Shown: one piece after another, positions 1 to 11,849 of the stretch
How positions within the stretch are numbered: position 1 is the stretch's first letter
Layout of the letters: each line of letters opens with the position of its first letter
Source of the DNA: Anthoceros angustus
Taxonomy: Eukaryota; Plantae; Anthocerotophyta
DNA length: 64,000 nt
Assembly: GCA_010909165.1 (NCBI GenBank)
Contig: VJWM01000019.1
Location: forward strand, 1,302,001-1,366,000
Direction: 5' to 3'
Program-made: the position numbers and the translations under genes
The notes under the pieces: generated by a model
Told to the model about the DNA's origin: nothing
Seen by the model: only the letters and a program-made list of their open reading frames with translations
Database searches by the model: none

Positions 1-472
1 ACAGGTTGCAGTCCATCTTTGACTGACTCGTCTGCATCGACTTCAGGGGTTTGGAATGCCTTCTGGTGTACAGAGAACCAACAAATTTTGCCTGGATCCC
101 GAGCACTGTCAGCAATTTATAAACACCCTTTGGATGGAAAGGGAGGGATAGAAGACAGGTACATCTATTGTACGATAGCTGCATCAACTCTTGTCATCCT
201 CGGCTGTCCTCTGCCTGCCCTTCCGTAAGGCACCAGTGCCTGCACAGGTCTTCGGAAGGCAGGCTAAAGTAACCTCTTTCGATAATCTGCAAGTGCAGCT
301 GCCTGCCCTTCTGTATGGCACCAGTGCTTGTGATCCAGCAGTCTCGTTGGAAGTGAAACGGACGCCCACAGGTGGCTAAATTCATGCAGGCACCGCAGTA
401 GTCGTCTATGCTGGCAGCGTGCACTATGAATTACCCCAGAAATGGATGCAATCCATGCGCACTGCAGCTTAC
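1..472 (-). other. Possible 5' part of a gene divergent from SelO, running off the left edge (putative intron 472-63, exon from 62)
   Basis: Minus strand has a strong donor CCGG|GTAAG at 472 and a CACCAG| acceptor at 63, followed by open frames to the window edge. No product recognisable. Confidence 0.25.
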
Positions 473-772
473 CCGGTAACAACAGCCTTGAGTTCGAGGA
501 AGGTATTGGAAGCTTGGTCAGACCAGTTAACACTAGGAATCGGAAGTGTGCGGTTCGAATCCCTAGGACAGCGAACGCGGAGAATATACCTGTTATAAAA
601 GTACATCTCGTGTCCAAGTATGCAAGCGTTCGTGGCAAAAGAATGGACAATTGAGACACTTGGCAGGCGACCGGCGACGACCAGTAGATAGAGGAGTCAT
701 GTGGACATAGGTCAGGGTCTACGTCCAAGGGCAGGACACGCTAGGGCCGGGGTGGCTGGAAGAAGAGAGAGC

Positions 773-2785
773 ATGGCTGTGCCGTTGGTAATGCGGGCTG
801 CAGCCTGGGCGCCCGCGGGAAGGAGAGGAAAGCGCGCACCATCGATCTCGCCTGCGCTCGTGTCCTCCCTCTTCTTCCCTCCCCACCGCCTTAGCCTGCC
901 CCTGCCCCTGCCCCTGCGGCTGGACGCACGCAGGGGTGTAGTGAGCTTGTCTGCCGATCCTGCCAGATCCGGGGCGGGCGGCCCCGGTGTGGTGAGCTCC
1001 GCGATGGCGGAGGAGCTCAGGAACCTGAGGCTGGATGACGGCAGGAAGGAGGATGCGGGGAACGGTTCTGCTGCGGATTCGGATGCGGCTCCGAGCACCA
1101 GCGGGAGCGCCGCGGGTGGCCCGGGGCCGGGGAAGAAGAAGCTGGAGGATCTGCGGTGGGAGAGCTCGTTCGTCAGCCAGCTGCCGGGGGATGTGAGGGA
1201 GGGGGGCCCCGTGCGGCAGGTGCTGCACGCGTGCTACACCAAGGTGAAGCCCTCGGCGGTGGTGAGGGATCCGAAGGTGGTGGCGTTTTCGGAGCAGTGT
1301 GCGGAGCTTTTGGATCTTGATCCGCGGGAGTTCGAGAGGGACGATGCGGCGGCCATCTGGTCCGGATCCAAGCTGCTGAGCGGGAGCGTGCCCTACGCGC
1401 AGTGCTACGGCGGGCATCAGTTCGGAATGTGGGCCGGGCAGCTGGGAGATGGCAGGGCTATCACTTTGGGAGAGGTTGTGAATGATAAGGGGGAGCGGTG
1501 GGAGTTGCAGCTGAAAGGTGCGGGGCGGACGCCTTACAGCCGGATGGCGGACGGGCTAGCTGTGCTGCGGAGTAGCGTGAGGGAGTTTCTGTGTAGTGAG
1601 GCCATGTTTTATTTAGGGATTCCGACTACCAGGGCCTTGAGCATTGTCACCACCGGTGCTGGTGTGGAGCGTGATATGTTTTACGATGGGAATCCCAAGG
1701 TGGAGCCCGGGGCGGTGGTTTGCCGGGTTGCCCCGTCCTTCTTGAGGTTTGGTTCGTTCCAGATCCACGCGGCCAGGAGGGAGGAGGACGTGGTGCTCGT
1801 CAAGACCCTGGCGGATTATGCAATCCGGCATCATTTTCCTCAGTTCGAGAGCTTGCCGACTGAGCAGCAGGTGGAGCCGGAGACTAGTGAGGAGGAGTCG
1901 GACGAGAGCCCTAGCCCGCGGGTGGATCTGACTAAGAACAAGTACGCAGCATGGTTTGCTGAGGTTGCTGGCCGGACGGCTGCTACCCTGGCGAAGTGGC
2001 AAGGGGTAGGGTTTACGCATGGCGTGATGAACACCGATAACATGAGCATTCTTGGCCAGACCATCGACTATGGGCCGTTTGGGTTTCTGGACGCGTTTGA
2101 TCCCAAATATACGCCCAATACTACTGACCTTCCGGGTCGGAGATACTGTTTTGCGAACCAACCGGATATTGGTATGTGGAATGTGATGCAGTTGGCCACC
2201 ACTCTCAATGCGGCAGGCCTCATTTCCACTGCAGAAGCACAGAATGTCCTGGGACGGTATGCGAAGAAGTTCATGGAGTCGTATCAGCGGATCATGATGG
2301 ACAAAATTGGCGTCAAGGACTACAACAAGGATCTGTTGACCAAGCTTTTGAATAATATGGCTTTCGACAAGGTGGACTACACAAATTGCTTCCGAGCTCT
2401 TAGCCACATTAAGGCTTCCCGTGAAACTCCTGATGAGGAGTTACTTCTACCGTTGGGTGGAGTGCTTCTGGACCTCAGTAAAGAGCGGAAGAAAATCTGG
2501 ATAGAGTGGGTGCGCGAATACATAGCTCAGCTCATTTCCGATGGAACTTCTGATGCTGATCGGAAGGCTGCCATGGATGCTGTCAACCCCAAGTATGTTC
2601 TACGCAACTACCTTTGTCAGAGTGCCATTGATGCTGCTGAGAATGGTGATTACAGCGAAGTGCGGCAGCTGCTCAAGGTGATGGAGAGGCCCTATGATGA
2701 GCAGCCTGGCATGGAGAAGTATGCTAGGTTGCCTCCTGCATGGGCTTACCGACCAGGGGTTTGCATGTTATCTTGCTCCTCCTGA
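773..2785 (+). CDS. SELO: Protein adenylyltransferase SelO (YdiU/UPF0061 pseudokinase AMPylase), organelle-targeted, intronless
   Basis: Family motifs GQLGDGRA, ELQLKGAGRTPYSR, LRSSVREFLCSEAM, GFTHGVMNTDN, TIDYGPF, NPKYVLRNYL and C-terminal CMLSCSS. First ATG is 773 (the ORF track starts at a GTG at 701). Arg/Ser/Ala/Pro-rich transit-peptide-like N-terminus; second in-frame ATG at 1004. Confidence 0.96.
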   Translation: MAVPLVMRAAAWAPAGRRGKRAPSISPALVSSLFFPPHRLSLPLPLPLRLDARRGVVSLSADPARSGAGGPGVVSSAMAEELRNLRLDDGRKEDAGNGSAADSDAAPSTSGSAAGGPGPGKKKLEDLRWESSFVSQLPGDVREGGPVRQVLHACYTKVKPSAVVRDPKVVAFSEQCAELLDLDPREFERDDAAAIWSGSKLLSGSVPYAQCYGGHQFGMWAGQLGDGRAITLGEVVNDKGERWELQLKGAGRTPYSRMADGLAVLRSSVREFLCSEAMFYLGIPTTRALSIVTTGAGVERDMFYDGNPKVEPGAVVCRVAPSFLRFGSFQIHAARREEDVVLVKTLADYAIRHHFPQFESLPTEQQVEPETSEEESDESPSPRVDLTKNKYAAWFAEVAGRTAATLAKWQGVGFTHGVMNTDNMSILGQTIDYGPFGFLDAFDPKYTPNTTDLPGRRYCFANQPDIGMWNVMQLATTLNAAGLISTAEAQNVLGRYAKKFMESYQRIMMDKIGVKDYNKDLLTKLLNNMAFDKVDYTNCFRALSHIKASRETPDEELLLPLGGVLLDLSKERKKIWIEWVREYIAQLISDGTSDADRKAAMDAVNPKYVLRNYLCQSAIDAAENGDYSEVRQLLKVMERPYDEQPGMEKYARLPPAWAYRPGVCMLSCSS

Positions 2786-3087
2786 TCCGGAAGCTTTCCT
2801 GTTATCTGTTTGCTCGGCGCACACACCGTCTAATCGAGTCTGGCAAGAAACCATCTGCCAGATGAAGCAAATTCTGTACTATATGTGAAATTGTGAATAC
2901 ATACAAGCAGCGTTACCTTGTGGAAGAGCGCATCACGTATGTGTTCCACAAGGCATCACATTATGTGTCAAAAGTGATCGCAAGTGGCGCTCTGGTGGTG
3001 TACAAGTTGGCATGTGGACTGTATTATTTGATGTACGAAAACTGACAACATATACAACAAACAAAGTTAGGTGTACGAGAAAAACTC

Positions 3088-6000
3088 TCATCGTACTGTT
3101 CTCCTTTTCCGAACACCACCGTCGTTCGGGACTGCAGCCTCCCGTTCAGCTTCTGATGCAGTAGCTTCCTGTCCAGGGGAGACTGCACCGGGAGCTTGTA
3201 CTGCAGCCTGTGCAAAACGGAGGAAATAAGTATTGACCAATCTCGTAAGCAAACCAGTAAGAACATTTAGTGCAGAAGTTTCCATCTACCTTGTGTTGGG
3301 CTTGCGTCATTTTGAAGAAGACCGCGGTTGCATATAGGAGAAAAAGTGCAACCACCATGGCAACAAATTTCTGCTCCCGGATCTTATCTAGAAGTTGAAC
3401 CAGAAGCTGTTTGCCCTTCACTACCAGAACGTCATTCCGATCTGATACATAATCTAGAGCCCTTGTCCAGATCGGCTGTAGCTCCTCCGGCATAAGAGGA
3501 GGAGGTTGTCCCTTCTGCTCGTGCAACAGACATTCGGAACTCAGAATCTAGTAATAATTCCAAGCATCTACCAACTTTCTTTCTCACTACATGGTGGGAA
3601 AAGCGATGATGCGCTGGTTATAGAATCACAAGCCACTTACAAACTTTGGAAGCCCAACAGCGGTATCACCCTCATGTATCATCTCTGACATCCAAGCTAC
3701 AACCTGTACCCAAAGGAGAGAAATCAACAAAGAAAAAGAAACCAATGAACGCATCAAGGCAAAGTCATACTCATACCTCCGAAGCTTTTGCAGACCCGTT
3801 GTATTTGGTAACTATTTGTGAGGCAAGTTTTTTCTGCTCTTCCACCAGTGTCTGCCATATATTTGGATTTCTTATCTGCTCTTCTTCTTTCTGATCTCTT
3901 TCATACCGTACCATAAATATTTTTGGTACATCATCATTATCTGCCATAGTTCTAGGGCCGCACGCCTCAAACATCGTCTCCCCGTGCAAATAAAAGGAGC
4001 AAAAATGCTGCCAGCGGATTCAAAGTGACGTTAACAAGACATCAAGATATCATCTCTCTCACACTAAATCTGTGCAACTCGTTGTTAGAAACGAAATTTT
4101 CAGGATTGAGGTACCTGTTGAGCCTCCCCATCCAGCCATGCTAAAGTAAGACGTTTCTGCCTCAACGCATCTGCAGCAACCAAGTGCTCCACAGAATCCA
4201 ACTCATTTGTGTGGCGAGTCAGATGTTGCATTAGAATTTCCTGAGCTTCCCTTAAAACCTAGAAATCGGACCACGAGTCACCCTCCCCACATTCAGCCCA
4301 AGAAAGTGACATTGCTTGGACTCATTGAGTTCGACGCCATTTCTCGAAAGCCACGTGACTGAATTATCAAGCAAAAGACTAAAAAAGATAACTGCACAGA
4401 AGAGTTGAACAAGGTAAAAAGAGGATTTCTGAGTCTTACTCCACGCTTATGATTGAGCTCAAAACCAGGCTTTCCAGCCACGATGACACAATACCATATG
4501 GCTGTCTCTGTTCCCGCACGGGAATAGGCTGCTGGGTCACACCCAAGCTCAGTTGCAGAGATGCTCCTCAATTGGGGCAGCACTGTTTATGCATAGAGTG
4601 CCACAAACAGTTTAGTTTCATCGACAAGATTCCGCCATTTTCAAGTGATCACCCCTGAGCATTGCACTTTCATGATAACCAACTACCTGACTCTTACCAT
4701 GAGTCTTATGTTCATTCATCAGCTTGCGAAATGTGGAACTGTTTGCCTCACCTGCACATCAGAATCTGACGGTCAGATATTTGTGAACAATGCCTCACCT
4801 TAGATTGCTAAATGAGCAAATATCTGAAAGCAACCCGATAAACTGACCATAATGAATGACTGGCTGCACTCCAGGCTCCTTCAGGAACACTAAGGCTGGA
4901 GCAGATTCAACTTCAAGGCTGAACGATAAAGGAAGCAATGTCATTATCATACAGGCACCCGGTCCAAATTGCTAGAACGAGGGATCAACCTATCCCATGT
5001 TAGGCTATGAATTGCAAAACCGGTGCCCACTTCTCATTGTGCTGTGCAGCTTAGTATAGATGGTGATAGCTTACCTTGTTGCCCAGAAGGTCTCATCCTC
5101 CTTGCGCCACAACGCAAGACCAATAACAGCATATTCCCGGTGCTGTTTGGCAGCTTCTCTTATGTAAGGTGCTACTCTTACGCCTGAGTCAGATAAGATA
5201 ATCACTTTAACCTGTACCAAGACCCTTTTTTCATTAATTTCAGAAGGTCTTCCCCTCGAAATGAGCACAAATTAGTAAAAGTTGGACCTGGTGGGCGACA
5301 GACTTTTGGATGACCTCCGTCATCTGCAGTCATATATACACAAGTTCAAACAATGAACCAACATCAAGGAGAAGACATTCAGGAACGGGGCATCTTGAAT
5401 GAATTGTGAAGGCCTAACATGTTACACTCTGCAAATAAGGACTTGCAAGTGAATATACCAGCGAGATTGGACTTTGAAATAGAATTCGAGGCAGCCTCAA
5501 AAGTTTTGTAGCTACCCAGTCCTCCACATCCAGCCAAGCCATTGGTCCGGCATATCTGGGTGCAGAGAAACAAAAGAGATTGCTCATATCGACAAGGATG
5601 TTTAACACAGAGATTCCAAGTTGCTCAGAGACGTCTTCCAGACAATTGTGATACCTTGCAAGGCACTCTAGCCTCTGACAATGTGGGGTGAAGACAACAA
5701 TCTCAGGAAGTCCTGCAGATACATTATTATGAGCTGATTGCAAGAAATGGAGCTGCCAAATATGCTTGTATTCCGTGCAGGCAAAAGGGGCAGCCACAAA
5801 AAGTACCTCTTTGAATATATGGAGACCCTGTTGCCCAGCTTCTCTGACACAGGAGCCTGACCAGTTGGTTTTCTCCAAGCTCAACCCTTGCGAGATTGGC
5901 AACACCCTCAAATCTTTGGTCTGAGTAATGCAGCTCACCAATTCAAGTCAAAGCAGCTAAGCTCAGCAGTGTAAAGAAAGCTTGCGATTTGCAAGATTGA

Positions 6001-7259
6001 GATCACTTACACAGTATTTCCCAATCGGTTGCAAACTTTCGTGATTTTTCACTTGCTACTGAATATATCTGTTACAGACCGTTAGATAGATCCTGATGAT
6101 GGAACATTTCAATAGCAGAGAAAGATGCAGGAAACAGCGTTTTCACACCTGTATAATCCATGTCTCTGTGCTGTTCAGGACTCCCTCAAAAAAACTAGTG
6201 TAAGACAGATCCTTGGTCGCAGATGGGATAGCTTCTGCATGTGGTCAAAAAAAAATATCAGGTTCGTTGAAGAATACGATGTTAGTGCAGGGAGGGTGCC
6301 AAGATTTTGACGCCATTTCAGCTGCTTGCTTATCCCTGCTGTGCTATTAACATTCTGTACCTGGCTTCCTACCTCCCTACCTACGTACCTACCTACGTAC
6401 CTACGGCATTCATCAAAATGTTTCGATCAGCCTTTCAGATAGAAAATTTTACCTACAGCTGGAACATCCCACAGACGGAACACAACATCAGGTTTGCTCC
6501 CATCTTTATCCAGTACTTTGGCCTCACGAACTGCATCCTGCCCTCGAAGAAACAAAGTACTCATCACGGGCTATCTCCTTGACTTTATCCTACCCAGCTT
6601 GAACCACATAGTACACTTCACATATTCCAAGAGATCTTACCTCTAACTCGTCAACATCAAAATTGTCGTAATCTCTGCGCCTCATATCATGAGAAAGAAC
6701 ATCATAAGCATGCTGTATCTGCAAGAGTAGAGCTTTCAAACAGTCAGCCAGTCACACCAAGCCAATAAAGAACGACTCAGGAGACCGCAATGACCATACC
6801 TCGATAATTCTCCCTCGAGAATGAGGTCCATCCTTTCCATCCTCGAGCCTGCAATACCAGCCCCATCGTCGTCAACAAGGAAATGGCAAACTTCCTGAAA
6901 TTCTAAACCTCGCAACTGAGCTCGCAACCGAGCTCACAACCAATTCACCAGTTGCAGCCCCCCAACAGGCACCTGCTAAGAAACCCACCATTTCTGAGTG
7001 GCCTTATCGTATGCAGCGAAAATCTCCTCTGCAGTAGCGTTTCTCCGGAGCCCCAGAACTGCAGAGAAATTCGAGTCAGCCTGAATTCCGAGAATAGTCA
7101 ACACAGATCGTACCAACTCTGACGAAGAAGATGTGATCGTTCAAAACCAGAACCTTGGTAGTGAAACTTCGTGTATTCGGCTCCTCCAGATGGAATTACC
7201 AACAAGCAGGTCAGCAGAAACAGGGCCAGCCTCAAAATTCCGATGCGTGGAGGCCCCAT
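3088..7259 (-). CDS. Multi-exon membrane-anchored J-like domain plus thioredoxin-like protein (DNAJC16-like, At1g18700-type)
   Basis: Exon 1 (7259-7154) gives a signal peptide plus TKFHYQ; exon 2 (7058-6989) VLGLRRNATAEEIFAAYDKATQKW; later exons IQHAYDVLSHDMRRRDYDNF, IYSVASEKSRKFATDW, VKVIILSDSGVRVAPYIREAAK, LPQLRSISATELGCDPAAYSRAG..WYCVIVAG, a TM segment FVAMVVALFLLYATAVFF, and stop at 3088 after RKRRTVR. GT-AG junctions checked for the first seven exons; the rest are approximate. Family call is from recalled similarity. Confidence 0.85.
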
Positions 7260-7650
7260 TCCGAGAAGTAGAAAATTAGCACCCAGCCAGCTCAAGTTAC
7301 ACTACATGGATGGTGGACGTCGGCGTCGGCCGGCGTTCTGGACATTTTTAATTGTCCATACTCCTTCATATAGAAGTGTAGAACGTGTAAAACTGGAGTG
7401 GATTCTTAGTGGAAAGTATTAATAAAGATCCATAACTCTGAATCGGATTAGTTTCTGGATGTAAAACTAGTAGGTGTGGGTGCCTGCTACAAATCGAGCT
7501 ATACGGAACGTTTCGCTCTATATATGCCTGCTTCCCACCTCAGTTAGGGTATACCGTGCCCTAGGCTACTTCTTCGGGTGAGTCGCAGTTGGCTGATTCT
7601 TTCAGGAAGTGCTCGCTGAGCTTGGCGAGCGGCGGCCAGCGTTGGGCGCG
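7260..7650. promoter_or_regulatory. Divergent promoter region between the J-like gene and RPS27A
   Basis: 391 bp between two oppositely oriented ATGs; TATATAT at 7519-7525. Confidence 0.55.
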
Positions 7651-8342
<692 letters not shown>

Positions 8343-8559
8343 CCTTTTGTGGACCGTGGTGTAGCGGAGCTTAGAGGCGGAAATCGCTCTCCTCTGAAAT
8401 TTAGAGGGAGCTGCGAGGGGTGATTTTTCAAGAGGCACCCCAGGGTGGATGCTGTTAGTTTAGGCTTGATGAGATTAGACATCTCTATCAATTGTTGAAG
8501 ATCTTGTCTTATTAAAGGATTTTGATCGAATGCCGTGTCAGATTTAGAACACTTCGGGT

Positions 8560-9232
8560 CCTGTTGCTACATGAACTGTACCAGCGAGTGTTCAGGCCTG
8601 ACTTCTGCTTGTAAGGTGGGCTTGGTAAGGCTACCCTTGAAACGCACAGAGTTGGTGGGGAATGCCCCTGTGAGAAGGCAGGCTGCCAGTGCAGGCAGGA
8701 CTTAGTCGATTTTCTCTTCTGGATCCGCGGTCCTTGGACGCTTCTTCTGATGGGAACACTTTTACACCTTACTGCTATATGAATGCCAGTAAGCGTCTAA
8801 GCTTGATTTTCGTTTTTAAGGTGTGATTGGTAAGTCATCCAGAAATACGAAAGACTGATACGGATGCCCCTGTGAGGAACCAGTTTGCTAGGGCACGATC
8901 CTGTCGATTTTGTGTACCGCTTTCTCAGGTAAAGGAACTTCCAGACGTTACTGCTAGATGAATACCAGCTTGTAAGGTGGGATGGCGAAAACTCCTCTTG
9001 AACACTCTGCTAGAGTTTTAGGCATTACGATCATCTGCCTCCCATCTGCTGCCTTACAGTCACTGCTAGCTTGGTTGCATATGCTCCAGGTTTCTAGATC
9101 TCTGGATTCTTGCTCTATGCTGATATTTATCAATCTGGAAACGTTTCAAGGACATCGATCCAGTCCGCTAGGGAAATTCGACACAGTCCTACATTAGCAG
9201 GCTGCTCCCTCACAGGGGCATTGCCCACCATT
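8560..9232. repeat. Degenerate ~190-bp direct repeats plus one inverted copy downstream of RPS27A
   Basis: TGCTA-ATGAA..CCAG recurs near 8565, 8773 and 8952. ATGCCCCTGTGAG occurs near 8662 and 8864, and inverted near 9208-9230. Confidence 0.5.
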
Positions 9233-9266
9233 ACAGTCCACTTGTATGCATGGAATTTTTCCTATC

Positions 9267-9366
9267 ATGGGACTTAGTAATTGACAAGTTGTACCATGGT
9301 ATGCCTAAGCTACTAGCACCCACTGCCTAAAAGCTACTAACACCCGATTCAAGTACCAATCGAAGC
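9267..9366 (-). repeat. Short dispersed repeat, inverted homolog of 50811-51010
   Basis: ATGGGACTTAGTAATTGACAAGTTGTACCATGGTATGCCTAAGCTACTAGCACC aligns to the reverse complement of ~50858-50912. Confidence 0.7.
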
Positions 9367-9490
9367 GCAAGATGCAAAGAGCCTGCAGAGATTGCAAGCC
9401 ACAGCAATCAGACTGAAAAATCACATGCAACATGAAGTTTCTTTTCCTTGCGATATAAAATAAAGTGATTGGGGGCAACCCCTTTTAGTA

Positions 9491-9573
9491 TCCGACTTGC
9501 CGGATTCGAACCAGCGACCTAAGGATATCTGCGACACTACAGTCCTCCGCTCTACCAACTGAGCTAAAGTCGG
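9491..9573 (-). tRNA. tRNA-Tyr(GUA) with 10-nt intron
   Basis: CCGACTTTAGCTCAGTTGGTAGAGCGGAGGACTGTAG[TGTCGCAGAT]ATCCTTAGGTCGCTGGTTCGAATCCGGCAAGTCGGA. Perfect acceptor stem, A and B boxes, AT-rich upstream region with CAA. Confidence 0.97.
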
Positions 9574-10374
9574 ATCGTTGATCATCTACAGCTATTTTTA
9601 ATTATTATACTTAATTCTAAAACTAATACAGTACTCCACAACATTCCCTATCTAGGTAAATCTACCTCTATAATGGACTTCTTCTTCTTGTACCTCTTTA
9701 TCCTTTTTTTTCATACCTCTTTGATATCTTTGCAAGTTTTGATTGTCCTCCCATTTTAACTCTGTTTTTTGGATTTGCCATAGAAGCCGTAATACTGGCC
9801 TTGGAGCACAAGCAAGTGGACGATGACGGCTGGACAATTTGGTGCCTAGATTGAAGCCCAGGTTAAGTGAGGATCTTTCTCCTCTATAGTTCTTATAGAA
9901 GTTCTTTCAAGTTTGTTTGTTGTAACATCTGGATTCTTGGTAACATGTTCGATTCTTGCAGAATCGGGTGTGGCCTCCGCCCCCTCGGGTGGGGAAGCCT
10001 TAACCTCCCCAAGTGTGGTCAGTACCGATGTGGAACGAAGCCCTGATGAAGTACTTGTTGAAGTTGAACCACTCCATCTCGTGGAAGAGGTGGAAGAATT
10101 TGAAGAGGTTGAGGTATCCCTCTCTAAATGCAAGAAAAAGTTTTTCAGTCTCATGGCCTCTCATCGAACTAGACGACAGGAACTTGAAGCTCAACGCCTT
10201 GTTGTGAAGCTAGGTCTAGATTACGCCAAAGAGCTCAAGTCATCAAGGGTGAAGAGCATGAAGAGGAAGGGAAATGAGGCTTCAACTTCGAAGTCCAATT
10301 TGAAGAGATCAAGGAGCGAGGAATACTAGTTTGGTACTTTCTTTTAGTTGCTCCTTAGAAACTCTTAGAAATTG

Positions 10375-10556
10375 ATACTGATACTGGCTTTTTGTGGGGA
10401 ATGTCCCCTTTGTGTGTGTCTGGGGGAATGGCCCCAATGTTTGTGAGTATGTGTGTCTGGGGGAATGGCCCCTATGTTTGTTTGTGGGAGTCTGTGTGTC
10501 TGGGGAATGGCTTCTATGTTTGTGTGTTTATTTGTGTGTGTGTGTGTGTGTGTGAA
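10375..10556. repeat. GTGTGTCTGGGGGAATGGCCCC minisatellite and (TG)n microsatellite
   Basis: 3-4 copies of the unit, followed by a TG run at ~10533-10554. Confidence 0.8.
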
Positions 10557-10668
10557 GCCGTTGTGAACTTGTGTGAGTTGAATGTGTGGATTTGTGTGAG
10601 GATCTGTGTTCATTTTGGGGTTTAGAATCGCTTGCATTTGGTAGTAGCATTCCATTTCTCGTGTGTCC

Positions 10669-11838
10669 CACTAATGCACAACAAGGTAAGATACAAAATT
10701 TACAACAAAGTACGTTGTAAAACACTTGTTGTAAATATGCCCCATTTAAAGAAGCTGAAAATATATATTTGTGTTATTAATAATATGTCTTTTGGTATAA
10801 AATTTTTTTCATATATATATATTACTTAAAAGGGCGTTGTAATTTAAATATTATAATTTCTTTTGCAATTGGGATATTGTAAATGGTTTTGTAAAACAGG
10901 TCGTTGTAAAGTGCGTTGTACCCACACCGAGACGTCTCAAACTTAGATGTTGTAGTTCCTTTTGCAATTCGGATATTATAGATGGTTTTGTAAAACTCAT
11001 CGTTGTAAAGTGCGTTGTACCCACACCGAGACGTCTCAAACTTAGATGTTGTAATTTCTTTTGCAATTCGGATATTGTAGATGGTTTTGTAAAACTCATC
11101 GTTGTAAAGTGCGTTGTACCCACGCCGAGACGTCTCAAACTTAGATGTTATAATTCCTTTTGCAATTCGGATATTGTAGATGGTTTTGTAAAACTCATCG
11201 TTGTAAAATGCGTTGTACCCACACTAAGACGTCTCAAACTTAGATGTTGTAATTCCTTTTGCAATTCGGATATTGTAAATGGTTTTGTAAAACTGGTCAT
11301 TGTAAAGTGCGTTGTACCCACGCCGAGACGTCTCAAACTTAGATGTTGTAATTCCTTTTGCAATTCGGATATTGTAAATGGTTTTGTAAAACTGGTCGTT
11401 GTAAAGTGCGTTGTACCCACGCCGAGACGTCTCAAACTTAGATGTTGTAATTCCTTTTGCAATTGGGATGTTGTAAATGGTTTTTTAAAAGGCATTGTAA
11501 ATAGGTGACATGGCAAGGGTTGCTGACTAGGCGCCACATGGCAATGGGCACCACGTCATCACATGGTGATGTGGCGATGAGGGCCATGTCATCAAATCAT
11601 GCCACATCATCACGATGATGTGGCAATGAAGGCCATGTGGCAACAACATGCCATGTCATCACTTGGTGATGTGGCGCCATATCACCACTTTAATGACATG
11701 GTACTCGGGCCGCCAGTTTTACAATCCATGAAGCTCTCGGTTTACAGCGTTGTTGCGCCATTTACAGCGTTGTAACACCGTGTAAAGTTGTAAAACCCTC
11801 ATTTTCCAGGGATCAACGTTGGTCCCTAGAAATCAGTG
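10669..11838. mobile_element. CACTA/EnSpm-like terminal region (subterminal repeats, CAGTG end)
   Basis: Many direct and inverted GTTGTAAA/TTTACAAC motifs, a GCCAC/ATGTGGC-rich block at 11505-11700, a 20-bp near-palindrome at 11808-11827, and CAGTG at 11834-11838. No matching TIR or TSD confirmed. Confidence 0.45.
10852..11500. repeat. 99-bp tandem array, ~6.5 copies
   Basis: GACGTCTC anchor at 10931, 11030, 11129, 11228, 11327 and 11426 (exact 99-bp period); units highly similar. Confidence 0.97.
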
Positions 11839-11849
11839 TGTGCGTGAAG

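Noticed and set aside
300-320. TGCCTGCCCTTCTGTATGGCA resembles miR160
   Set aside because: Five mismatches in 21 nt against a near-invariant miRNA, and no clean miRNA/miRNA* duplex.
719-2407. Long antisense ORFs over SELO (and similarly over 53785-55944)
   Set aside because: Shadow frames of GC-rich coding sequence with no recognisable motifs.
2770-2900. Selenocysteine/SECIS in SelO
   Set aside because: The C-terminus has TGC (Cys) in SCSS and the TGA follows the complete motif; land plants lack Sec machinery.
9846-10329. Overlapping 102-aa and 138-aa ORFs
   Set aside because: Non-ATG or weak starts, low complexity, no identifiable family; probably TE debris.
10852-11500. CRISPR array or 33-aa repeat protein gene
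   Set aside because: Whole units are near-identical with no unique spacers, no cas genes, and the context is eukaryotic. The ORFs arise because 99 is a multiple of 3 and are broken by stops.
11808-11838. Helitron 3' hairpin
   Set aside because: No CTRR terminus at the expected distance after the hairpin; CAGTG and the subterminal repeats fit a CACTA-like end better.
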